A stretch of DNA of 64,000 bases from Lepidodermella squamata (taxonomy: Eukaryota > Animalia > Gastrotricha). A model generated the notes under the pieces. That model ran no database searches, was not told where the DNA came from, and saw nothing but the letters and a program-made list of their open reading frames with translations. The stretch spans positions 1,240,001-1,304,000 of the forward strand of contig JBLDXI010000023.1 of assembly GCA_047495785.1 (NCBI GenBank), given 5' to 3'. Below are positions 10,275 through 21,497 of this stretch, one piece after another. Both the position numbers and the translations under genes were made by a program. The number at the start of each line of letters is the position of its first letter. Position 1 is the first letter of the stretch.

Positions 10275-11267
10275 CTAATTACTCGTTTCACCCGTTTTTT
10301 TTCTGTTTGGCAACACTTTTTTGTTTAGGGTGAGTTCTTTCTGCTCTACCGGAGCGGGGCCGTTTTTCTTTGGGGTCATTTCTCGCCCTAATTGGCTCAA
10401 ATAAACAGTGCCATAATCGCGAATGTGCCATAATCGTTTGATGAGATTACAAAAAGGGCTCAGCACTTCAGCGAAGTAGTAGAAGTGAAGCAAGAAAATC
10501 CACCGAAGCATGATTGAGATGCGGTATTCGCCAATAACATTTTTGAGTTCGAAGCCTTGGCGCGTTCGGAGATAAATTCGGAACGAAAATTCAAGAAGAG
10601 CAAAAAAGCCCAAGGAAAAAAGGTAACGTTTGCGGCGAAATAAAGTTAGCGCAATAGTGTAAAAAATAAAAAAATGAGCATCGGTATCGATAAAACGAGG
10701 ATTCCAGCTCAGTGATATGCAGAAACTGAGAAGTTATAGCGCAAAAGAGAGTAGAATTTTTTATCGATAGCATGATATCGAAAAGAAAGCCATCGATAGG
10801 AAAGCAATCAACTGCCGCATCGTATACATTTTGTGAAAAGCTAGTGTGAAAAGCGGTGAAGCATCTTCTTTGAAGAAGAATAGAAAAGAGCAAATGTCTT
10901 TAGATTCTCCTAAATACAGCCCATATTGAAGCAGTTCTACAGGGTCAAGAAACCTTTTCAGGCAAAGTACTTGTGAAACGGTCTCGTGCGGTTGCGCGGA
11001 TGAGCAATTGTCAACTTTTGAAGAATTTTCAGCAGACAACCAGCAGCGCAAGGCGGCGTGGGCGAGATTTTGCCAGGCACCCAGTTGATAATTATTGCAG
11101 CTTTTCTGAGCAGTTTCCAGCCAGTTGTTGAAGCAGTCACTGTTCCTGGCCTTCATCTGCTCGAGGTAGTACCGGCCGGCCATCACTTGAGTAGGTGCGA
11201 TTTCTTCTATCTCCAGGCAGCACGAGGTCGCGAGAAGGAGATAGGCGACTACGATTGACGCGAACAT
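10275..11267 (-). CDS. KAR5/GEX1/Brambleberry-like nuclear-membrane fusion protein (compact form)
   Basis: Signal peptide, then the six-Cys domain SDCF..AQKSC..LAHAALRCW..C..CLKRFLDP....Y..YLGESKDIC. ORFs 10761-11267 and 10275-10613 share a frame, and a 102-nt GT..CAG intron (10726-10827) removes both intervening TAA stops. Three hydrophobic segments follow. Confidence 0.65.
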
Positions 11268-11597
11268 AATTCAAACCCTCGTGAATTTCAAATTTGGATT
11301 TCTTGTTTGAATGTTTCAGTTTCACTCCTGTTACTTATCGTCACATTCCGAAATAATTCATGCCTATTGAGCTGAATCGTTTTAGTGTTCCGGATTTTTG
11401 TTATCTCCAGGCACGTTGCAAGTCGAGCGCGCGAAATTCCCGCCGCGCACTCGCGCGTGTAATTACACCTTGTCTTGTGCTGGTACCGCGCGCGCAAGTT
11501 CCGCCCGGTAATTACAGCGCGCGCCTAATTTTAGGGCGCACTTTCGCAAATTTCACCGTACCAGAAAAAGCCGAGCATGCTGCCGCGGTCACACGAC

Positions 11598-11678
11598 GAG
11601 CCGAGACAAGGCGACGCAGCAGTGAATCGAGCCGAGACAGGGCGACGCAGCAGTGAATCGAGCCGAGACGCCGGCGAC
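11598..11678 (+). repeat. 31-bp tandem repeat (about 2.6 units)
   Basis: GAGCCGAGACA(A/G)GGCGACGCAGCAGTGAATC starts at 11598, 11629 and 11660 (last copy partial). Confidence 0.85.
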
Positions 11679-11781
11679 ATCTGAGGGCAATATGATCTTT
11701 ATAATGATGAAAAGGAAGGGAAAATTTCTCATTTTTGCAAGTTTACTCCAAGTTTTAGCGAAATGTTTGAATACGACCTAG

Positions 11782-12503
11782 AATACTCTGACCAGGGCGT
11801 GGTGCCAGCTTCGTATACGCTATACGTATACGTATACGTCGCCTTCGACAACTACGCTGTTCAGCCGCGAAACAGCCACAAATACGACTACGACAACGAC
11901 TACTCCAACTACCGACGCGCCTCCAACTACCGATGACTATTTCGTTGTCATCGCTCTCGCCTCTGGTTTCGGTGCGGGCAGTGCGTTTCTGCTGTGGACC
12001 GTCGCGTTGGCCATCTTTTGTCTCCTTGTGCTAATCCGGCGTCGTGTTCCAGCGAGGCCGTACTACAACGCCAATCGTTGCGGGGGTGCCGGAAACGAAG
12101 ATGGTCATGCGCCCGCAGCTGCACCCGATGCGCCCGCGCCTGCGCCTGACGTTGAGCGACCGGCATTGCCGCCGCCCCCACATCGGCCACCGACGCCTCT
12201 GCTGGTTTTCATCGATGAGGTAACGTGATTGCCGCGTGGAAATCGGTAGTAAGAATAACATCTTTATCATTCTAGGTTGCTGACGAACCTCAGGCTGCTC
12301 CTATCTCGCCTTTTCGACCCCCGACACCTCAAGCGCAAGTCGTCGAACTTCCCGATGCCGAGCTTCCTGCTGTTGCGCCGATCCGTCCTGCCACGCCGCC
12401 GCCGTTGTTCGTCTTCCGTGGCCTAGCCGAGCCGAACCAGCAACCGAATCAACCAGCAAACCAGCCGAAGCGTGGGCGCGGTCGCCCGCGCAGAAACGTT
12501 TGA
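11782..12503 (+). CDS. Single-pass membrane protein: Thr-rich stalk, TM helix, Pro-rich tail and C-terminal AT-hook (5' end unresolved)
   Basis: Open frame 11782-12219 (TTTTTTTPTT...AFLLWTVALAIFCLLVLIRRR), a 56-nt GT-AG intron at 12220-12275, then exon 12276-12503 ending PKRGRGRPRRNV-stop. Confidence 0.65.
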
Positions 12504-12717
12504 ATTCTATTTCGCTGTTTTCTATCCATTGATGAGCATTGAGCATTGATTTCATCGGCGTAAGTTGTAAGTTGCTTAAAGTTTATGAGAGAGGTAAAAT
12601 TAATTCCAATCATTCAAGGTGTCGAACTATCTAAGTTCTCTCAAGCTGACTACGGAACGATCAAGATTTCCGAATTTCTTCGGTCTCGGCGAGAGGGCGG
12701 ATTATTTCTGCGCCAGG

Positions 12718-13648
12718 GCGCCAAGTCGAAACTACCCCCGAGGGGCGAAATATCTGTGATTGAAGTTAAAGAGTCCCTTTTGATCAGAGAGGCCGATGTC
12801 GCTCTGAAGACAATCGCCGGCTTTCTTATTTTGGTCAATATAGGTAATATGGCCGCGTATCGAGGGCATAAAATCAGGATGATGGGAATCTTCGGGAATA
12901 TCATCATGGTCAGCCATGCTTTTCTTATACCTTCAAGATGGTCGGAGGACATTGGAAAATACTTCTCAGCCATGATTTTTCTTGTAATTTCAGGTTTTTC
13001 GACTACATGAGTACTGGTTTGACCTGGAAAGTCTTGAAGTTAAACTCCGGGATTTCAGCGTGACGACATTTGGCGTTCAATATTTTGACCTCCGACTGTT
13101 AAAGGTTGATTACCATAGGTTTGTTCAAAACCTGACCTCAAAGCACATTTTCATGGCCTTGATATTCTCATTAGTTGAGGCGTTTTTTACAGCTATCCTT
13201 CTGGGTTTTAATCCAATATCGACACGAGACGCCGTAGCACACATCGATTTCATATCTGAAGACGATGTGTTGAGGCGAACCATTCGTAACGAAGCCTCTG
13301 TTCTTGATTCTCTCACAACTTCGAACAGTGGGAGGGTTTTGCCGGCCATTATAAAATCCATTGCTGCTGATTGTCATCAGATCGCTCGTGTTGGCTAAGC
13401 ATATAGTGCAGAGAGGCCGCTATGCCAACAAGCCGCTTGCCGTCAGCATAATGGCTTCTTCGAGCTTGATTGTCGCCGGGATTTTTGTTGGCATAACCCA
13501 GGCTGCTAACGGTCGAAGACTCATGCTAACAATGTCCATAGTTGTGTTCTGCCTGGGCTCGATTAGCACTGCTGCTTTCGCCGCTGGACTTCGGTGCAAG
13601 AAGTCACGCAAGCCTAAATATAGATTGTCGATGATTGTCCCGAAGTAA
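12718..13648 (+). pseudogene. 7TM half of a GABA-B-like GPCR paralog (nonsense codon plus frameshift)
   Basis: KSKLPPRGEISVIEVK...WSEDIGKYFSAMIFLVISGFST is nearly identical to 18950-19240. Premature TGA at 13008, frameshift near 13360, no ligand-binding domain. Confidence 0.85.
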
Positions 13649-14279
13649 TAACTACTTAAAGCCTTCGAAATTAACAGACTTTCGCAAACTTGTTGAACTA
13701 CTGACAATTTTTGCGGCCGGAAACGCTAGGTTAATAGCAGAGGTTTTAGATTTAATTTGAGATTAAAATTAAATGGTGACGTATAATTTTTTGATTCCCC
13801 ACTTCCAACGCAAGCTTCGAAAATCGATAATTCAGGCTTTCATTGTAGCACGCATTGGGTGTTGACATCACGCTCCAATTCGCCCAAAATGCCCACGATC
13901 ACGGACTACAAATTTGTTTATGTCAATGTAATTGAAAGTGTATTCGATAATTCCAGCAATTACCGGCTACAACGGTAACGTAGATAGAAACCTTTGTGAA
14001 AATCGCTCAGCAATAATAGTGCTAGTTGTCTGTCCCAATGTAATATATGGTGTTGCTAAACTTGTTTTCGGAGCAGTTTACAAGAAATATTTATAAAAAA
14101 TGACATCAATTAAAAACGCTGGCTAGTCATTCACTGCGCAGCAGTTTTTCAATAATAAATTCGTACTATTGCCAGCGTTTTATTAACGCCAACGACCGTG
14201 CGGACTTGCTTAGGTAAAGCTGAATAATCTATAATCAGCAACATAAGAGACAATCACACAAACCGTCGCGATTTCCGAT

Positions 14280-16643
14280 ATGCTGTTCCACTTGATAGTC
14301 CTGTTCGCCCTAGCGCTAGAAACCGTGGCTGCTACCTCGGATCCAGCTCCGAATACCGTTCTGATGAGCCTGCCATCGTTCTACAACACTTCATATCTTT
14401 CAGGGCTGTCATTTGATACTGTCAATTCAAGCGTGACTGCTAATACCGGCGGAATTTCGACTTCCTCAGGCGTTTCGTTGAATCTAGGATCTGGTTATCA
14501 GCTGACAGCTATGAGCCTTGTCGGGAATGGGTTAAATCTTGGAGGACTCCTTTACTGCTCCGGAACACTCAGTCTAAATCAAGCCATCCCAGCTGACGTA
14601 GCCGAGTTTCGAATTGAATACGACGACGTGTCTAACTATGATACAACCGCGACCAATGCTTGGCTTGGCGTTTTCTTGTCGACTACAACGGTTGGATTTG
14701 GTAAGTAAAACTCCGCATCAGAAGACATAAGCAACATTGTTTCACAGGGAATCAAGTCTCTGGCTGCAATGTCGGCTTCAATTCTATGAAAGGATTAGCA
14801 ATCTTTCAACGAATACAACCAGGGTCGCAGGCTTATGTTGCATCGGTTCCGGGAGGAATGGCTTCTTCTCCGAGTGTTAACATACCCGGAACACCTTCAG
14901 CCACATCAAGTGCCGCTTGTGGGGCAAACGTATTTACTGGGACCAGTACGAGCTTCAGAATGGTTGTGCAATTCTACAACGATGTGATTTCGGTAAGGCG
15001 AAATTCCACTCTGAAAAGAGCTAATCGTCTAATCTTTTGCATTCCTAGGCTGCAATATCTCCAAGTGGCGTAAATGCTCCTGGAACTTGCTTCAGCAACA
15101 TCCCTGTCCCAGGCTTGCGGGCTTTGATCGCTTCTGGGAACCTGAAGGTTAGCATAACAGCCCTTGGGAGCGCCGATGGCGATGTCTTGCTGAACAAGTT
15201 TTATCTGTTCAAAATCGGATGTGGGTACAGCAGTTGTTACACATCATCATCTTCATCGCCTACATCTTCCTTGACTAGCAGAACAACCCTGACAACGGAA
15301 GTTTCAGAAACCACGAACTTAGCTGCTAGTTTAACTTCACCGGTCACTTCAACAGAGAATCCAACAGCGAGTTCGACATTGGAATTATCATTGGCCACTT
15401 CAGATTCCACGAGCACCAGTCTTGAAAGTCCGAAAATTGATTCTACTCCGCTGAATTCGGAATCGTCAGTCCTTTCAACATCCTCTGCTGCCCTAGCAAC
15501 AAGCCCATTCAGGCAAAGTAGTTCGGCAACCCCTCGCATTTCTACAACCGCGGACCAAATTGAGGGATCCAGCGAAAACACATGGTTTCCAATACCAGAG
15601 GTGGTCAATGGGAACATTTACCCGCTGGTGAATTTCGAAGACCTCCTCCCCTGCGTCTACATCCACCCAAATGTGATGGCCCCTGCTCCTGAAACTGAAA
15701 TATACGCGACCTTCAGCACGGAAAAATTGATCGGGATAGACGTGATGAAGCAGCAACTGTCGCTTCTTGCCTCTCTCCGTTTGCAGTGGGTCGTTCGCAC
15801 CTGCGATTGCAACTCGACGGCTCCTCGTGCGGGCGAGGAAGAACGCGTGTTCACAGCCGAGGGTAATCGAGTTTGGAGGCCGAGTTTGATATCACCCAAC
15901 AGCTCAGACGACATTATCCTATCAAGTCTCGACTACTCAGACAGGACTGATATTGTCTACATACCAACTCGACCGAATCGAACTCTTTATTTCCACTGGG
16001 TCCGATTCGGTGTTATTCAAAGTCAGATTTCGTCTTCTTGATCGAACAGCCTCCTGAATTTCAAAAATTTGCTTCGCTAATCTTGAACGGCCGTGAGAAC
16101 CTAAGAAGTGACATGTGGCGGGTTTCCCATGCACATTCAGAGATTGGACTCACAACGTCTGTTATGCGGCAGAACAAGTCATCAAGCTTCATCGCTATCA
16201 AGCTTCGATTATATCGAAACCCGACTTATTACCTTATGAATATGTTGCCGCCTTGTCTCATAATAATGGCTCTTGTCTACGCTTCTTTCATTCTACCGCC
16301 TGATGACCCAAATCGAACGGCCTTCAGCGCGACCATTCTGCTTTCGCTAACGGTTGCTCAGTCCACTGCGGCCGCAAGTGTCCCAAAAACGTCTGAGCCG
16401 ATTTTGATGGGGCAGTACATCTTCTTGCTAAGTTGCATTACGGGTCTGATAACAGTCTACGATTGCTGTGTGTTAGCATGGTCTCAAGCCGACGAAATTG
16501 CGTCACAAATTGTTACTGAACCCTTCCTCCGCATTGTAAGAGGCATTAGGATGGTGAGAGCTATGGACCTGTCTACCCTTCTGTTTTCGATAGCGCTGTT
16601 CCTAGCAACTAATTTGTACGCTTATTTCGTCATAATATGCTAA
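14280..16643 (+). CDS. Pentameric ligand-gated ion channel subunit with extra N-terminal domain and Ser/Thr stalk; frameshift at the Cys-loop position (possible pseudogene)
   Basis: Exons 14280-14700, 14748-14992 and 15049 onward (introns 47 and 56 nt, frames verified). Ligand-binding-domain motifs LRLQW and VWRP; M1-M3 RLYRNPTYYLMNMLPPC...FILPPDDPNRTAFSATILLSLTV...VPKTS; frame break at about 16025-16040. Confidence 0.8.
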
Positions 16644-17508
16644 TTGATATTTTTCCAGATAATTTTTGAATAAAAGGGACTGAGTAAAAATTAGTAATTG
16701 TAGTGTGCTCTTCAAAAAGTTCAGAGTGATAGTCAGTTAAAGCAGACTGAACTCGATTTATAATTCAGGCCCATGGAGACTCCCAATTACAAGTCCTTAT
16801 TTCCACCCAGCTAACTTTTTTTATTGCTCGTTGATGTGACAAACATATTTGTCCACTTGTAGACTTCCAAATGAATCCCAGCTGGGAACTGGATAGGATA
16901 ATCAATACATTTCCGTAAAAAAGCTCATGCCTTTCAATATCTATATGCATTTTTTGAACCCATAACTACGAGAACTCACCTGTACCCTTATTTACAGTGC
17001 ACGGTGATGAAAACGCATCGGAGCTTCGGAAAGTGAAAAATTCGAACAAAGTTGTGATAGAATCTCGATAGTATGCCCTTAGAAAAATAAAAGATGAAAT
17101 GTAATCAAAATAATTACAGCTCATATTAGGTAAGGAATTAAAAAAAGGAATCAGGTTGCCCAATTGACGAAGATCAGGAGTTTCTGAAAAAAAGAACTTT
17201 CCAGTCTTTCGCATATCGACATCTAAGCCAATTTATCTGCAAACAAATTATAGAATTTGAGCCTTTTACGGCGGAAGGGAAGATTTCAAAATTTTGACTT
17301 CGACTACACACTAATTTTGGATATTTTAACTTCCGCACTCATAGAAATGAGCTGAATGCAGTGTGTTATGCGCTTGCTCGCTTTCGAAACCGAGCGACCT
17401 CATATCTTCGATCGAGCGACAACGTTTCTTAACTTCCACGTGATATTGCTAATCAAATGAGGTCGCAGGTCTCCCGGCAAGCAACGCTTTAGTGTATGTA
17501 TTTTAAAG

Positions 17509-19880
17509 ATGATTGCAAAGATAGTAATCCTAGCCGTCGCGCTTCTTCCGCTAACTCAAGCTATAAAGCAAGTAATAACATCGAAAATGGACAATTCTAT
17601 GTCCTCGATTAGGCCAAAGATAAGTTTGCTCTTCGAAGTCGCTTACAGCGGCCCAATAGGCAGCGGAAATTTGGCTACTGAAGCAATTCAAATCGCCCTT
17701 GATCGACTACGTTCAATGCAGAACTGGCTACCGAATTACGACATCGAATTGGAGCTTATCGACGATCAAGGCAATGATGCTGTTTCTATTTACGACTTCA
17801 TCAAGCGGTTGTATTTTGATCTGGATTCGGAGGCTAGATTCCCTCTGATGGCTCTACACGAGGCTGCAACTCGACCTCAAGAATTGCAGGCTTTGATGCT
17901 CAAACCCCTGAATTATATTGGCGTAAATCAAAGAATTTTTACGGAATGAAATGATCTTTTTGAATTTAGGTGGCAAACTACATTAGCTCGCTCAAGCTGA
18001 CTACCGATCGCTTCAAATATTCCAATTTTTTCGGGCTTGGAGAGAGGGCTGATTACTTCAGCGCTGGAGTCGCTAGCTTTCTTCGAAAAATGAATTGGAA
18101 TACGGTTGGGATAGTCTCCGAAATCGACCCAACTTGGAATGTGTTCGACCCATGGTTTGTCCAATATTTCGAGGCTAACCATGTCAAAATTGCCCAGCTT
18201 TCGAAATTTTGGCTGGAGGATGCCCGGAACACAAATGATGCGTTCAACGAGCTCAAGTCCAGTAAAGCTCGCATCATTTTAGCTGCCACATGGGACAACG
18301 TTTATGCCAGCTGTTGGCTTCATCGATTCGGCCTCTTCGGACCTAATTTTGTCATAATTTTCGGAGCCTGGTTACAGTTTGATGAAAATTCTCCAATCCC
18401 GGAACATCTGCACTGGTGTAATCAATCATCAATTATTGAAGTTTTAAAGAGCTCTTTCCTTTACGTTGATCGAACTCTGGAAGATGTGTATGGAGTTAGT
18501 TCAACGAAAGATGTGACTGGTTTCTCTTCAAAAGAACTTGAGAAAGAAATGAGCTTAAGATTCAATGAATATCAAACTTCCCCAGTTCCTTACCCATTTT
18601 ATGAGCGAACCCTTTTCATGGGGCTCATTCTCAACCATACAGAGGCAATTCTTAGCATAAGAGGCCAAACTCTCTCGAATTGGACGACAAACAAGGCCTT
18701 GTTTCAGCAAAATGGATCGAAAATCGTTTCTGTAATGAAAGAGGCTGTGTTAAGGACTGAATTCACTGGTTTGAAAGGAATTTACAGATTCGATCCTAGT
18801 ACTATGCTTTCAGTGGGAGGTCAGCCAATTGCGTTTTCTCAGATTAGATTCGAGAATAACCAATCCGTTCAATGCGTTGGGGCAAACTATCTATCCTGGT
18901 TGAATGATTCTATTGTTATGAAGGCTGACTGCCCCTTTGTCTGGCTAACCAAGTCGAAACTGCCTCCGAGGGGTGAAATTTCTGTTATCGAGGTTAAGCA
19001 ATCTCTTTTGACTAGTGAAGCTGATATAGCTCTCAAGACGATCGCCGGCATTCTCATTTTAGTCCATTTTTGCCTGTTTTTCACTAAAGGAGCCCAAACC
19101 ACTTATCTTAGGAGAGTGGGTTTATTCGGGAATATCCTCATGGTCAGTCACGTTTTTCTGATACCTTCAAGTTGGTCAGAGGATATTGGAAAATACTTCT
19201 CAGCCATGATTTTTCTGGTAATCTCAGGATTTTCAACAATTTGGATAGCGACCTTGTTTGGACTGGAAACTCTTCATACTCAGGCTCGAAGTGTGGCGAA
19301 ATTGTGTGTTCGATTTTCGGACCAGCAGCGAATAGCCGTTAAACTCCATTCAGTAGTCAAAAAATTGAGCTCAAAGCACATTTTCACTGCAACAGTGATT
19401 TTAGCTGCCATTCAGGCGATTTTTACTTCAATTTTGCTGGCCCTAAACCCAATCCGAAAGCTAAACGTTCTAGCTCAAGTCATTTCGATTCCTGACGAAG
19501 ATGTATTGCTGCGAATCATCCGAAATGAAGTCTCAGTTCTCGCTTCTCTAACAGCTTCGAATGGAGAGAAAATCATGATGTCCATCATTATGACTCCACT
19601 GATTTTGATAATCATTAGATCGGTGTACTTGGCGAAACAACGCGGCATGCATGGTAACAAGCCGCTGGCATTTTGCACGTTCTGCTCCGCCAGCGTCATT
19701 GTTGGCGGAATTCTGGTTGCTGTAACACAGGCCTCGAATGGCCGGAATCTCATGATTTCAGCATCATCAGTTGTTCTCTGTCTGAGTTTCATCAATGCTA
19801 TTACCTTTGCTGCCGGCTTACCAATGCGATGTTTTCGTCATATCAATAGGCGTCGGGTAGCTAGTTCTACGCCGAAATGA
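17509..19880 (+). CDS. Class C GPCR, GABA-B-receptor-like (Venus flytrap domain plus 7TM), about 774 aa
   Basis: Exons 17509-17922 and 17970-19880 (47-nt intron). Signal peptide, periplasmic-binding motifs (WNTVGIV, ELKSSKARII, FTGLKGIYRFD), seven hydrophobic helices and no cysteine-rich domain. Confidence 0.85.
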
Positions 19881-20275
19881 GATTGCTTAACAATCCGTCC
19901 TCGGATACAATAAGTTACCTTGGAATGAGCATTGAAGGTTCAGGGTCAGGATGTGCGAAAAAAGATAATCCGATTGATTCATGGATGAACCATCTCCAAT
20001 AATGATATTCTCTATCTATGATTCATTAGGTATCACTCCAAGCCTCCGAATCATTGAGTGTTACTTAGGACTGAGCAATAAAGGATTCGTGAGTGTGAAA
20101 AATTGGTGTGATAAAGGGTTGCACCTCTAAATCAAGCTTTCGTCAGAAAGTTAAGTACAGAAAGCCATCTCCGAAGTCTAAGTACAGACGCATACCAAGT
20201 TGGTAACTTCATCCTTCGAAATATAAAGAACGTTTAACATGCCCCAAGGCTGGAGTCAACTAAACTGAGTAACTA

Positions 20276-21497
20276 CAGGGTGTTCAAGAAATAATGGTTA
20301 GGCTATTTTTGGAATTGAACTTTGGCCAGACGACACGCGATTGATGACAGCGACCTATTTCCACTTTGATATCAAACCTTGACCTCGTCGTTTTACGTCT
20401 GCTTCTAGCATGTTTTTAATCGTGTGCCGGAGAAAGAAAAAACAAATGAAAAAAATGTAATTTTAATACTCAAAACGCAGTTTTCTGCCTGGATGGTTTT
20501 ACCCGTTTTACCAAGCATCAAAATTACCACTGGTGGTCCCCTCTGCCAAAAATAGCTGGTTAGTTGATAAGTGCGCCAATAATTATAGCGTGGGCGGGAT
20601 GTGGTGTAACTGGGTTAGAGGGCCATATTTCTCCGCTCGGTCTGTTTGAATATATTTACTGACGGCCAGGTCAAGCCTCGATTTTCGACCCGTGGAAAAC
20701 CCTAGCCTATCATACCTCGACACGGTAGAAAACCTACTGTTTTCATGCATGAACAGCCGCTCGTCGCATTCCCCGCCAATAGCAACCTGTTGTTTGTACC
20801 TTGTATTTAAAAGCCGAAAAAGAGACAAAAATCCAACTCAAGTAAGTCTCGTAAGCCGATGAGCGATAAAGTCTATGACAATTACTACTAAGAATTCCTC
20901 AGCCAAACCAGAAAATTGAAAGTTCACCACCCAATACTGATAAAAAGAAATATTCATGATCTTCCGGTCCTTTAAAATTTGTCATCCTATTCTCCGTTGA
21001 TTTACTTTTTCATATTTCAAATCTTATTTCATATGTTGAATTTAAAAATTGCGTGATTTGGGCAAATTTCAAGCAATGACAAATTTCCCGTTATCATGAA
21101 AAATAATTTTCTGCTATGACCTATGACAGCGCGACATTGGGAAAAATATCACGTTTCTTCTGGCCAATGTCCAACTCCAAAAATAGCTCAACAATTATTT
21201 ACCATTGAACTTTGAACCAGTGAACCAGTGAATTCCTGACAGGGCACGCGTTTGCTTGCTCGTCTTACTGAACTTACTAAACTTCAATTTTTCAGGTTTA
21301 AGGGTTTAAATACTTTGTCCCTAAAAATGACTGAATATTGGCGCGAAAGTATTGAGGAAAGACGCGTTTTGGAACTAGTTCAAAAACTCAAAGCACTCGC
21401 CGTCCAGTTTCTTTCAAAATTTGAAAATATTTATCGCGTGCTGTCTGGTTAAAGTTCATTCTATAATTAGATTAGATATTATTTCTTGAACACCCTG
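20276..21497. mobile_element. Tc1/mariner-type non-autonomous element
   Basis: Perfect 20-bp TIR CAGGGTGTTCAAGAAATAAT flanked by TA on both sides. Confidence 0.9.

Noticed and set aside
10731-10763. Two in-frame TAA codons suggesting stop-codon reassignment
   Set aside because: Other genes here terminate at TAA, and an in-frame GT-AG intron or pseudogenisation explains them more simply.
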